64,000 nt of DNA from Candidatus Latescibacterota bacterium (lineage in GTDB: Bacteria; Latescibacterota; UBA2968; UBA8231). Shown one piece after another: positions 18,748-27,995 of the stretch (position 1 is the stretch's first letter; every line of letters begins with the position of its first letter). The position numbers and the translations under genes are program-made. The stretch spans positions 5,952,001 to 6,016,000 of the forward strand of contig OZ241867.1 of NCBI GenBank assembly GCA_965203175.1, given 5' to 3'. The notes below the pieces were generated by a model. It saw nothing but the letters and a program-made list of their open reading frames with translations, ran no database searches and had not been told where the DNA came from.

Positions 18748-19290
18748 CTAGGCCGTCGGCTGGAGGCGGTCGGCAAACTTCTGGCGGAACGCCTGCATCT
18801 TGGGATCAATGACTATCGCGCAGTAGGGCTGGTTGGGATTGAGCCGGTAGTAGTTTTGGTGATAATCCTCGGCCGGCCAAAAGGCGCTGGCGGGCGCGAT
18901 CTCGGTCACAATCGGATCGGCCCATAGGTCGCTCGCGTCCGCAGTGGCTTTGGAGGCGACAGCCGCCGCTTGCTGCTCGGGGCTGTGGTAGAAAATTACC
19001 GAGCGGTACTGAGTGCCGCGGTCCGCGCCCTGGCGATTGAGCGTGGTCGGGTCGTGCGTGCGCCAGAAGATGTAAAGCACATCGTCAAAGCTAATAACCT
19101 CGGGATCAAATTGCAGTTGTACGACCTCGGCGTGGCCAGTCTGGCCGCTGCAAACAGCCTCGTACGTAGGGTGGTCCAACGCGCCGCCCATATAGCCGGA
19201 GACCGCGCTGGCAACCCCCCGCAGATCTTGGTACACGGCTTCGACGCACCAGAAGCAACCCGCGCCCAAGGTTGTAGTTTCCAAACTCAT
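18748..19290 (-). CDS. msrA: Peptide methionine sulfoxide reductase A
   Basis: GAGCFWCVEA, TGHAEVVQ, HDPTTLNRQG, AEDYHQNYY. Confidence 0.96.
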   Translation of the reverse strand: MSLETTTLGAGCFWCVEAVYQDLRGVASAVSGYMGGALDHPTYEAVCSGQTGHAEVVQLQFDPEVISFDDVLYIFWRTHDPTTLNRQGADRGTQYRSVIFYHSPEQQAAAVASKATADASDLWADPIVTEIAPASAFWPAEDYHQNYYRLNPNQPYCAIVIDPKMQAFRQKFADRLQPTA

Positions 19291-19499
19291 GCTCCATCCT
19301 CCATCCACTGCTTGTATTGCCGCCACGTGCCCCCCTTCGGGTACTTTTCTATGGTGCGGTGGACCCGCTCGTGGGCCCGGTGGTTGTCCTCGACGAGGCG
19401 GCCGAGGCCGCGGCCGTGGGCCCGGTGGACGAACCAGAAAACTAGCGCAAAGAAAATCAGGTACAACCCTTTGCCAAAGTATTCCATAGCATCCTCCAA
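19287..19499 (-). CDS. Small membrane protein translationally coupled to msrA
   Basis: One hydrophobic helix; ATGA overlap with msrA. Confidence 0.55.
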   Translation of the reverse strand: MEDAMEYFGKGLYLIFFALVFWFVHRAHGRGLGRLVEDNHRAHERVHRTIEKYPKGGTWRQYKQWMEDGA

Positions 19500-19597
19500 A
19501 TGACTTTAAGGTAGGAACCTCCGTGCTCCCCGGCAACGCGCACCGCTTGACCGGCGCAGGCGGTCGCTTACCTTGAAACGCAGAAAGGAGACAACGC

Positions 19598-20521
19598 ATG
19601 CTGTACAGAGCATTTGGCCGGACGGGCTGGCAGGTCTCGGCCATCGGTTTGGGAACTTGGAACATCGGCAACCAATGGGGGCCTATCGACGAGGCCACCG
19701 CATGGGATACTGTGCGTACGTCCTTTGACTGCGGCGTCAATCTCTTCGACGCGGCCGAATCCTACGGCACGCCCAACGGGCTGTCTGAGGAGCGGTTGGG
19801 ACGCGCCTTGGCCGGCATCCGGCACCAAGTTTTTGTAGTCAGCAAAATCGGCAATTGGGGAGCGCGCACCGGACAGGGCGTGCCCAAAACCACGGTCGAT
19901 ATGATCCGCCTGTGCGCCCACGCCTCCCTACACCGGCTGCGCAGCGACTGGCACGATGTGCTGCTGTGCCACGAAGGCAACATCGACGATCCGTCGATCT
20001 ACTTGGATGCCTTTGCCGCGCTCGTCGAGGAAGGACGGCTGCGGGCCTTTGGCATTTCGACCGATAGCCTAGAAGTGCTCCAGCGCTTCAACGCCCGAGG
20101 GAACTGCTCGGTGGTGGAAATAGACTATTCGCTGGTCAACCTCCAGGCCGAAGCCGAGCTTTTGCCCTATTGCCAAGAGCACGGCATTGCCGTACTGGTG
20201 CGGGGGCCGCTGGCCAAAGGGCTTTTGTCTGGCCGTTACACCAAGGAGTCGGTTTTTACCGACGAAATTCGGCAGTCCTTCAACACCGGCGAGTCGCAGC
20301 GCGCAGAATTCGAGGCCAAGCTGGCGCAAGTCGAGCGCCTCGCCGAAATCGCCGCGCCCGGAGAAGCTATAGTGGAAAAAGCCCTCCAGTACATCATTTC
20401 CCATCCAGCCGCGCCAGTGGCCATCCCCGGTGCCAAGTCAGCGGCCCAAGCCCGCGCCAACGCCGCAGCCGGAGCGCAACTTTTGCCCACCGAGGAATTA
20501 GAAAAGTTGCGGGGAATATGA
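19598..20521 (+). CDS. Aldo/keto reductase
   Basis: SAIGLGTW, FDAAESYG, SKIG, GPLAKGLLSG, IPGAKS. Confidence 0.92.
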   Translation: MLYRAFGRTGWQVSAIGLGTWNIGNQWGPIDEATAWDTVRTSFDCGVNLFDAAESYGTPNGLSEERLGRALAGIRHQVFVVSKIGNWGARTGQGVPKTTVDMIRLCAHASLHRLRSDWHDVLLCHEGNIDDPSIYLDAFAALVEEGRLRAFGISTDSLEVLQRFNARGNCSVVEIDYSLVNLQAEAELLPYCQEHGIAVLVRGPLAKGLLSGRYTKESVFTDEIRQSFNTGESQRAEFEAKLAQVERLAEIAAPGEAIVEKALQYIISHPAAPVAIPGAKSAAQARANAAAGAQLLPTEELEKLRGI

Positions 20522-20567
20522 ATTATCGACGCAAAAGTACGTATACTATCGCAAAGAGGAGAATCCC

Positions 20568-21428
20568 ATGACCTTAGTAGGCAGCGGAGCATTCACCTAT
20601 GAAGTGCAGCAGGATTGGTTCGAGTTGCCGGAGGGCTGGCGCTTTGGCTGGGTTCCGGCCGTGGCCTGCGATTCCGAGGATCGGGTCTATGTGTACAGCC
20701 GCAGCGAGCGTCCCATGGTCGTCTTCGACAGCGAGGGACGCTTCGTCGCCTCGTGGGGCGAAGAGGTGTTGCAGGACGCCCATGGCATCTTTATCGACGA
20801 GCGCGACCAAATCTGGTGCGTCGAGCGCGAAACCCACTGCGTGCGCCAGTTCACCCGCGACGGCGAGTTGCTGCTGACCTTGGGAACGCCAGACCAAGAA
20901 GGTGCAGACGGCCAGCCCTTCCGGCTGCCTACTGACTTGGCACTCGACGCCGACGGCTACATCTACGTGTCCGACGGCTATGGCAACACCTGCATCCACA
21001 AGTATTCACCCAACGGCGAATTCATCAAGACCTGGGGCCGTCCCGGCACTGGCCCAGGGGAGTTCGATCTGCCCCACTGCGTGCGCGTGGACCAGCGCGG
21101 ACGGCTAATGGTGGCCGACCGCGCCAACAACCGCATCCAATTCTTCGACCTCGACGGCAATTATCTAGAGGAGTGGGGCGGCTTCCACCATCCCGATACG
21201 ATTTTTCTCGACGGGGATACGGTCTATGTCGCGGAACTCGACCAGCGGGTGAGCATTCTTAACCTCGACGGCGAATGGCTCGCGCAGTGGGGATCGGGCG
21301 AGCGCAGCGACCAACTCGGGGAATTCCTCGGCTGTCCCCACGGCATCTGGATGGATTCCCGCGGCGACCTGTACGTGGGTGAAGTGCAGGCCGACCACCG
21401 CATCCAGAAGTTTGTGCGGCAAACCTAA
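20568..21428 (+). CDS. NHL-repeat protein (peptidyl-alpha-hydroxyglycine lyase-like)
   Basis: Repeated NHL motifs: AHGI, YVSDGYGN, PHCV..D, VADRANNRIQ, PHGI. Confidence 0.9.
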   Translation: MTLVGSGAFTYEVQQDWFELPEGWRFGWVPAVACDSEDRVYVYSRSERPMVVFDSEGRFVASWGEEVLQDAHGIFIDERDQIWCVERETHCVRQFTRDGELLLTLGTPDQEGADGQPFRLPTDLALDADGYIYVSDGYGNTCIHKYSPNGEFIKTWGRPGTGPGEFDLPHCVRVDQRGRLMVADRANNRIQFFDLDGNYLEEWGGFHHPDTIFLDGDTVYVAELDQRVSILNLDGEWLAQWGSGERSDQLGEFLGCPHGIWMDSRGDLYVGEVQADHRIQKFVRQT

Positions 21429-21439
21429 GGAGGTTGGTT

Positions 21440-22468
21440 ATGAACAAACCTTTGTTGCACTTGGCAACTTTAGCGGTCTTGGGAGCCTCTGCCCTAGACG
21501 CCCAAGCCCAGCAAGTAGGCGATCCGGCCCCTGATTTCCTCTTAGACCGGCTCGACGGCGGCCAAGCCGCCCTGAGCGACTTCGAGGGCCAAGTCGTGCT
21601 GATTTTCTTTTTGGGCTATAGCTGACCGGTCTGTCTCTCGCGTGCCGAGAGTTTCGAAGAAATCTGGCAGGAATTTGCCGACGAGCGCTTTGTCGCCTTG
21701 GGTGCCGATACGTGGGACGGCACCGCGGAACAAGTGCGCACCCGCTGGCGCTTGGGCAAGGGCGTGACTATGCCCTTCCTGCTCAACGCCGGCCGGATGG
21801 CAACCGATTTTGGGCAAACCTACCAGACCTTTACCATCATCGACCACGAAGGCTTCATCCGCTTCAAGACCACTTCCCTGATACCCATGGACGAACTCCG
21901 CGACGAGGTGCTGCTGGCGCTGGATGATCTGCCTCCCTTAGAGGAGGAAACGGAGGAAACAGTCGAAACAGAGGAAGTAGTCGAAACAGTCGAAACAGTC
22001 GAAACAGAGGAAGCAGTCGAAACAGTCGAAATAGTCGAAACGGAGGAAACAGTCGAAACAGTCGAAATAGTCGAAGCGGCCGACATCCAGAACATGTTCG
22101 ACAGCTTCGATACGGAAGCGGAGGAAGGGGAGGAAACAGAGGAAGGGGTGGAGACGGCGGTGGAGACGTTTGATCAAGCCTCCGTCCCCCAAGCCTTTTC
22201 GCTAGCGCAGAACGCGCCCAATCCGTTCAACAGCGAGACGGTGATCCGCTTTGCGCTGCCGCAGCCGAGCCAAGTCGAGTTGACAATCTACAATCTGCTC
22301 GGCCAGCCAGTAGCCGTACTCGTACAGGAACCTAGCGCGGCCGGGACGTTTTCCGTGCGCTGGGACGGCCGCGATCAAGCAGGGCGAGCGGTAACTAGCG
22401 GAGTGTACCTCTACCAGTTGCGAGCCGGTGAGCACACACAAGTCCGCAAGATGCTGCTGCTTAGGTGA
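21440..22468 (+). CDS. Probable selenoprotein: secreted AhpC/TSA/TlpA-type redoxin (UxxC), acidic repeat linker, FlgD-Ig/T9SS-like C-terminus
   Basis: ORFs 21434-21625 and 21698-22468 share a frame across TGA 21623-21625, giving FLGYS-U-PVC at the CxxC position of a thioredoxin fold. Confidence 0.85.
21635..21651 (+). promoter_or_regulatory. Candidate bacterial SECIS hairpin
   Basis: CTCTCG-CGTGC-CGAGAG, starting 9 nt after the TGA; GU in loop. Confidence 0.6.
21941..22165 (+). repeat. Coding 9-bp tandem repeat (GTCGAAACA / GAGGAAACA variants) giving an E/T/V-rich linker
   Basis: ETVETEEVVETVETVETEE... visible in DNA and protein. Confidence 0.88.
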
Positions 22469-22470
22469 GA

Positions 22471-23994
22471 TCAAAAGAAGCGGTTGAGCAACCGGACTTC
22501 GACGCCCTTAAACCCTAGTACCTCGTAGCAGATGCCGGCCGTGCAGGCTAGCCCCGAGCGACGCTGGCCGGCGAAAACATTGAGGATGTGGCCTTCGCCA
22601 ATGTCGGCACCGATGTTGAGACCCCGCCACCAAGTGATGCCAGAGGGATCGGCCCCGGTTTCCAACTCGTCGGAGGTGCGCTGGACCTGCACGGCGGCAG
22701 AGAGGCCGGGGGCGCGGTGGATCGCTAAGGCATAGTAGTGATTGGTATAAGGAAGTGCGAAGTCGCCGAACCGCCGATCAACATCTTGGAATTGGGCGTC
22801 GAGTTCAAAGGTGTATAACCCATCTGGAAACCATTCCCAATGTGTGCCCAAAAGACGGCTTTTGTCGTCGAGGAGAATCCGATTGTGGTTGAAATCGGCA
22901 AAAAGCTGCACATCGGCGCTTTGCCCCAAGGGCGAATCCATCTGCACAAAGAATTCGCGCAGGACGTTGTCGTCGGCTGCGCCTAGATCGCGGCGGCGCG
23001 TGGCGCGGGTCGCATTGGCGGTAAGGGTCTGACCGCTGGGTAAGACATAACTTAGTTCGGCTTGGTAGCCCTGCTCGTCGTCGGCGAGCACGTCGTGCGT
23101 GATGCGGTTGAGGAGATAGGCCGAGTGCTCGCGGATCAAGGGCGGAGGATTGTTGATGTGTTCAAGGGCAAAGTCCTCGTAGTCTTTGTATTCCAAGCTC
23201 AAGCCCCACGCCCCAAACGCCAAGGTGGTCGCCAGGTACAGGGCGCGGCCCAAATCGCGGTCGAGCGAAAAGAAGCGATCGAACGCCACATCGCGCTGAG
23301 CGTACTCACCTTGGATATCGGCATAGACTCCGGTGAGGCCGAGGCGCGCCAGCAAAGGCTCAAACCGCCAGCGGGCATTGAAGGCCGCGGCCGTTTCTTC
23401 CCGCCTGCCGACGGGGTAGCGGACGGCGCTAACACCAACGTCGAAATGCGGGTGCGGCTTGAGCTGGAGCGAGCCAGCGTGGAGCGCGTCTGGTCGGCGG
23501 TCAACCCCCTCCAAACCGGGCGGCAGGGCACTGTTGATCGGTGCGCCGCGCAACAGCAGCACTTCGGCCCGCTTGGCGCGGTAGCGCATCTGAACGCCGT
23601 CGAGATCGCGCACAATCTGGTAGCGACGGCGGCTGCCCCGCGACTCGGTGACGACGCCGGGCAACTCAAAGGCGTGGAGGAGCAGGCCGCTGCCGACGAT
23701 GGTATAGAAATTGCCAATAGTGGCTTCAAAGCCACTCCGGCGGTAGGAAGCGGAGCGCTGGAGAAGCTGGCCGTAGTTGCGGCTGTCAGCACTAGTGCCA
23801 AAAGTCTCGCCGCGAACCCCAACCCGAAAATCAGCGAGAGCATAGTCGAGACTGAACTGGTGGTAAATCGTCCGCAAATCGCTGGGCTGCGCGCCGGGCA
23901 GATTGCCGACCTGGCCTTCGGTCAGAGCCGAAAGATTCCACTCGGCCTGGAGGGGAGCGGCCAGCAACATTACAAATGCGGGAACGAAGCGCAT
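22471..23994 (-). CDS. Outer-membrane protein, DUF6029-like
   Basis: Signal peptide; GNFYTIVGSGLLL, EYKDY, C-terminal GQRRSGLACTAGICYEVLGFKG...RFF. Confidence 0.7.
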   Translation of the reverse strand: MRFVPAFVMLLAAPLQAEWNLSALTEGQVGNLPGAQPSDLRTIYHQFSLDYALADFRVGVRGETFGTSADSRNYGQLLQRSASYRRSGFEATIGNFYTIVGSGLLLHAFELPGVVTESRGSRRRYQIVRDLDGVQMRYRAKRAEVLLLRGAPINSALPPGLEGVDRRPDALHAGSLQLKPHPHFDVGVSAVRYPVGRREETAAAFNARWRFEPLLARLGLTGVYADIQGEYAQRDVAFDRFFSLDRDLGRALYLATTLAFGAWGLSLEYKDYEDFALEHINNPPPLIREHSAYLLNRITHDVLADDEQGYQAELSYVLPSGQTLTANATRATRRRDLGAADDNVLREFFVQMDSPLGQSADVQLFADFNHNRILLDDKSRLLGTHWEWFPDGLYTFELDAQFQDVDRRFGDFALPYTNHYYALAIHRAPGLSAAVQVQRTSDELETGADPSGITWWRGLNIGADIGEGHILNVFAGQRRSGLACTAGICYEVLGFKGVEVRLLNRFF

Positions 23995-24029
23995 GACTTG
24001 GTCCTTATAGAAGAAAACGGAGGTCCACA

Positions 24030-24524
24030 ATGAAACCAACTTTCGCATTGGCAACCTGCTTGCTGCTCGTCACCTCGGCTCGCGCCGAAAAGGCACCGCA
24101 GCTCGTGCTGGAAAATCTCGACGGCTCGACCTTTTCGCTAGTGGAGGCGCTCAAAAAAGGACCGGTGGTCTTCGACTTCTGGGCGACTTGGTGCAAGCCC
24201 TGTATCAAAAGCCTGCCCAAGCTCCAATCCCTCTCCGAAAAATACGCCAAGCGCGGCGTCCAAGTGCTGACGATCAACGTCGATGGCCCGAGAAACCTAC
24301 CCAAGGTGCGGCCCTTTATGCAGCGTCACAAGCTCAAACTGCCGGTCTTGCTCGACAAGACTAACGAGGTGCTCAAGCAGTTCCACCTAGCGGGCGTCCC
24401 AGCGACCTTGATTATTGCGGCCGACGGGACGGTGTGGTACAAGCATCAGGGGTATCGGCCCGGAGACGAGAAAAAGCTCAAGGCCAAACTAGACGAACTA
24501 CTCGGCCCTCCAGAGGACGAATAG
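24030..24524 (+). CDS. TlpA-family thiol:disulfide oxidoreductase
   Basis: Signal peptide; DFWATWCKPC; GVPAT. Confidence 0.92.
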   Translation: MKPTFALATCLLLVTSARAEKAPQLVLENLDGSTFSLVEALKKGPVVFDFWATWCKPCIKSLPKLQSLSEKYAKRGVQVLTINVDGPRNLPKVRPFMQRHKLKLPVLLDKTNEVLKQFHLAGVPATLIIAADGTVWYKHQGYRPGDEKKLKAKLDELLGPPEDE

Positions 24525-24652
24525 GCGATTACTCACGCACCCTTACCCGCGAACGTCTATCTCGTATTGTTTGAATTGGCGTTGAAACCCAGCGTAAAGG
24601 ATTAACGAATCCGCAAAAGGCTCTGCGATTGTCGAGCGGTCGGGGCTTTAAG

Positions 24653-24988
24653 TCAGCAGGGCAGTGCCGCTCGCAGTGCCTGAGTTACCCTCTGCTGGTC
24701 TTCGGCTGTCAAACGCCCCACCGTACCGAGTATGAGTCCGTTGTCCAACGTGAAAAGCTTCATCCGGGCGAGACAGGGTTTGCGCAAGCCGGCTTGGCTC
24801 CACTGCTCGAGGGACACATCGAGATGCCAAGCACTGCGGGCGGCGCCAGTGATCATCATGAGCAGGCTAGAGGCGTTTTTCTGGTTAAAAACAGCATCGG
24901 ACAGAACCAGTGCTTTGCGGCGTTTGGCATGGGGCACATCGCTGAACGGGAAAGGCACATCGACGACGTCAAAGCGGCTACAGATCAT
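24653..24988 (-). CDS. PemK/MazF family toxin
   Basis: DVVDVPFPFSD..AKRRKALVLS; GLRKPC. Confidence 0.88.
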   Translation of the reverse strand: MICSRFDVVDVPFPFSDVPHAKRRKALVLSDAVFNQKNASSLLMMITGAARSAWHLDVSLEQWSQAGLRKPCLARMKLFTLDNGLILGTVGRLTAEDQQRVTQALRAALPC

Positions 24989-25199
24989 CGTCTCCCTCGT
25001 CCTGCCACTCCGTCAAGGTCTGTTCGAGGGCCTTGGCCCACTCTAAGTCGATTTTTGCGGCTTTGCAGATGCTGACCTTATCGCCCTCTACTTGATAGGC
25101 GATGGCGTCCCCCGGATGTAGATCCAGCGAGCGACGAATGGCCACGGGAACTGTGGTCTGGCCTTTGGATGAGATCGTGCTAATTCTGATCGGGTCCAT
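24978..25199 (-). CDS. AbrB/MazE/PrlF family antitoxin
   Basis: STISSKGQTTVPVAIRRSLDLHPGD; overlaps toxin. Confidence 0.88.
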   Translation of the reverse strand: MDPIRISTISSKGQTTVPVAIRRSLDLHPGDAIAYQVEGDKVSICKAAKIDLEWAKALEQTLTEWQDEGDDDL

Positions 25200-25247
25200 A
25201 AGTGGATTGGCTTGGGTAGAGGTAGGGAGAACAAAGGTCTTTACATT

Positions 25248-25261
25248 CTTTACTAGTAAAG
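25248..25261. promoter_or_regulatory. Probable TA operator palindrome CTTTACTAGTAAAG
   Basis: Perfect 14-bp palindrome about 50 bp upstream of the antitoxin start. Confidence 0.55.
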
Positions 25262-25310
25262 ATAACATTGCTTAGACGGCTCGCAAGCATTGATGGCTCA
25301 GTGCCTCGAT

Positions 25311-25421
25311 CTATTTCGTAAACCCTACACCCGTAGAAAGTGCCATCGGCAGCAGGCCTAACACCGTCGTCACCGTGATCATAGCTATGGGCCGAAGCCG
25401 CTTGCGGCCCGCTTCGACTAT
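25311..25421 (-). pseudogene. Small remnant of an RND (AcrB-type) permease C-terminal region
   Basis: Translates [33 protein letters not shown], the RLRP..M...TT.LGLLPMA signature. Confidence 0.7.
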
Positions 25422-25445
25422 GGGCCTACTTCGCAACCGCCCCCA

Positions 25446-26459
25446 CTATCCCTGTTTGACAAAGGTGATCCACAGCGGGCTGGTCCCTACTTCGTGTTGC
25501 TCCAAGGGCGTCAACTCACCCGTAGCCGCGTCAATGCGGTACGAACGGAGCCGTCCCGATCCCTGGCCAGCCGAATAGACAAAGCGGCCATTCGGATCCA
25601 ACTCGAAAAAGCGGGGCGTAGCCTCAGTGGGATAGCGTCCTTTGGCCGTCAGCCGCCCATCGTCGCCAATGGCGAAAAGGGCCAAGGAATCGTGGCCGCG
25701 ATTGGACCCGTAGAGAAACTGGCCGTCGGGCGTGATCTTTATTTCGGCTGTGGTGTTGTCCTCGTTGTTAAATCCCTCCGGCAGAGTCGAGATGACCTGA
25801 AACGACGACAGCGTCCCAGCCTCCGGGTCGAAGTGGTGAGCCGACACCGTGCTGCCGTCTTCGTTGACCGAATAGAGAAGGTCGCGGGTCGGGTGGAAGG
25901 CAAAGTGGCGCGGGCCTTCGGGCGTAGCCGGCTCTATCTTGGGCGGGTCGTTGGGCGTCAGCCGCCCGGTTTGCTCGTCAAAGCAAAACTGAAATATCGC
26001 GTTGGACGGGTTGGTGTGCGGCACAAAGGCAAAGCGGTTCGAGCGGTCGGTCTGGATGCTGTGGGCGCGTATGGCGGTGGGGATCATCTGCAGTGGCTCG
26101 GCCGAAATCGCACCGTCCGCGGCCACGCCGTGCACGCCGACCTGACCCGACCCATAGTACGACGACAGCAAAAAGGCACCACTGTCGTCCAAATACAGAT
26201 AAGGTGGACCTTCCTCTAGACTCGTCTCCGCGAGCTTGACCAGCGTCCCCTTCTCCCCATCAACCGCATAGCTAGCCAGTTTTTGGGCCGAGCGCAGAGC
26301 CACGAACATCTGAGTCCCATCCGGGCGCACAGTCACCGCCCCAGGAGAGTCCTCCAACTCGATATTGGGTTGCGGCTCTAACGCGCCGGAGTCTTCGTCC
26401 ATCAGGAAATGCGAGAAAAAGTTGCTGCCCGAGTTTGAAATATATACGTGATAGGCCAT
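25446..26459 (-). CDS. 6-phosphogluconolactonase / lactonase beta-propeller
   Basis: AHSI, GPRHFAFHP, YGSNRGHDSLA, TPRFF. Confidence 0.9.
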   Translation of the reverse strand: MAYHVYISNSGSNFFSHFLMDEDSGALEPQPNIELEDSPGAVTVRPDGTQMFVALRSAQKLASYAVDGEKGTLVKLAETSLEEGPPYLYLDDSGAFLLSSYYGSGQVGVHGVAADGAISAEPLQMIPTAIRAHSIQTDRSNRFAFVPHTNPSNAIFQFCFDEQTGRLTPNDPPKIEPATPEGPRHFAFHPTRDLLYSVNEDGSTVSAHHFDPEAGTLSSFQVISTLPEGFNNEDNTTAEIKITPDGQFLYGSNRGHDSLALFAIGDDGRLTAKGRYPTEATPRFFELDPNGRFVYSAGQGSGRLRSYRIDAATGELTPLEQHEVGTSPLWITFVKQG

Positions 26460-26479
26460 GAAAATCTCCTCCAAAGGGG

Positions 26480-27052
26480 TTAGTGTATCGCTTCTCGCAA
26501 GGCGTGCAAAAAAACGGCTGGATCGGCTGGGCCGAGCAAGAGGGCATGGGAACCGTGCGTTGGAATATACACAGCGCGCGGTGTACCCGTGTAGAAAACG
26601 TGCGCCTTTTCCCCGCTGTGCAGATAAAACGCCCCGCCGCGAAAAAAGAACGCGCTAATGGCAAAAATTTTGCCCCCAGGCCGGTATTGGGGTTCGGCCG
26701 ACAAATCGACGACGCGGGCCTCTTCCACCTTTAGCTCGTCATAGGTGAAGTGCTTGCCGTGGGCGCTGTTGCGGATGAGCAGATGACCCTCTAGCAAGAC
26801 AAAATCCGTGCGGCGAGCACTCAAATAAAACCAAGTGAAGACCGAGAAAAAGATGATCAGCATCAGCGCGTAAGACGAGCCCAAGGCCACGGGCGCGGCG
26901 AGGCGGGCGACCGGGCCGTCCGGGTCAATGGCCGCATAGAGCGCGAGGGTCAGCACACCGAAAAAGGCGGTAGTCAAACCAAAAGACGCGGCCAGCACTT
27001 TGCCGAACAGAGCGGCAGACGGTGGGTGGATGGGGAAAATGCGCGGTTCCAT
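26480..27052 (-). CDS. Membrane protein with bacterial PH-like domain
   Basis: Two TM helices then ARVVDL...AVYIPT...LLLGPADP..FL. Confidence 0.65.
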   Translation of the reverse strand: MEPRIFPIHPPSAALFGKVLAASFGLTTAFFGVLTLALYAAIDPDGPVARLAAPVALGSSYALMLIIFFSVFTWFYLSARRTDFVLLEGHLLIRNSAHGKHFTYDELKVEEARVVDLSAEPQYRPGGKIFAISAFFFRGGAFYLHSGEKAHVFYTGTPRAVYIPTHGSHALLLGPADPAVFLHALREAIH

Positions 27053-27053
27053 G

Positions 27054-27902
27054 TCAACTCGCCCTGAGCAGCATCAAGCCCCCGGCAATGGCGAGGATGC
27101 CAATTGTCTTAACAGCCGTGAGCCGTTCTTTGAGAAAGATCCAGCCCAGCAGCGCACCGATTACTACCGACGACTCGCGCGCGGCAATGATATAACTAAC
27201 CGGCCCTTGGGTATAGGCGTACAGTATCATCAGATAGGTCGCCAACGAGACCGCGCCAATCAAGGCGATATACCCGTAGAAGGCGCGAGCCGTCGCCAGC
27301 AACTCCGCACCGTATCGGCGCACCACAAAGGGCATGCGCACGACGGTAGCGATGATCCACATGCCGCAGATGTAGTAAATCGGTTGCACGTATCCTACGC
27401 CTATTTTGTCGATCAGCGAGTAACAGACAATCGTCAGCCCCACGCCCAAGGCCAGTTGCAAGCCCCGCGCCTGGAGCTTGAGGGCCGGGGCACCAACGCA
27501 AAGAATCCCCGCGAACACTAAGGCGATCCCGCCCGCGCCCAACAGCGAAATGTCCTCGCCCAAGCTGAGATAAGCCACCAAGGCCGTCAGTCCCACACCC
27601 GAGCCGCGCGCGATCGGGTACACCGTCGATATCTCGCCATGCTCGTACGCCCGCGCCAGCAGGGCGAAATACAGCGCGTGAAAAATGCCCGTGGCCAGAA
27701 AGCAGATGCCAGCCGGCCATGACAGGGTCAGCGGCGTGCCCTGCCACCAGATATAGGCGCACAGCGGCATTACGAACAGAATACCAGAGGCAAAGGAGAG
27801 CCACATCACGACTACATTGCCAGCGACCTTGTAGGCAACGAAATTCCACAAGGCGTGGCCGATGGCCGCCGCCATCACGAGCCCCCAGACATCGGCGTTC
27901 AT
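27054..27902 (-). CDS. DMT/EamA family transporter
   Basis: HALWN, VYPIARG, YSLIDK, AARESSVV. Confidence 0.9.
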   Translation of the reverse strand: MNADVWGLVMAAAIGHALWNFVAYKVAGNVVVMWLSFASGILFVMPLCAYIWWQGTPLTLSWPAGICFLATGIFHALYFALLARAYEHGEISTVYPIARGSGVGLTALVAYLSLGEDISLLGAGGIALVFAGILCVGAPALKLQARGLQLALGVGLTIVCYSLIDKIGVGYVQPIYYICGMWIIATVVRMPFVVRRYGAELLATARAFYGYIALIGAVSLATYLMILYAYTQGPVSYIIAARESSVVIGALLGWIFLKERLTAVKTIGILAIAGGLMLLRAS

Positions 27903-27995
27903 TTTCTATAAAGTCAATTCGGGTGAATTGGGCCGGTTGACCATAGCGAGATTGAACCCTCGCGTCAAATGATCAATATTCTAAGGATGCGATTA

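Noticed and set aside
19291-19740. 150-aa N-terminal extension of MsrA in the ORF track
   Set aside because: Overlaps the divergent AKR gene and a small coupled ORF; the MsrA domain starts at 19290 with its own RBS.
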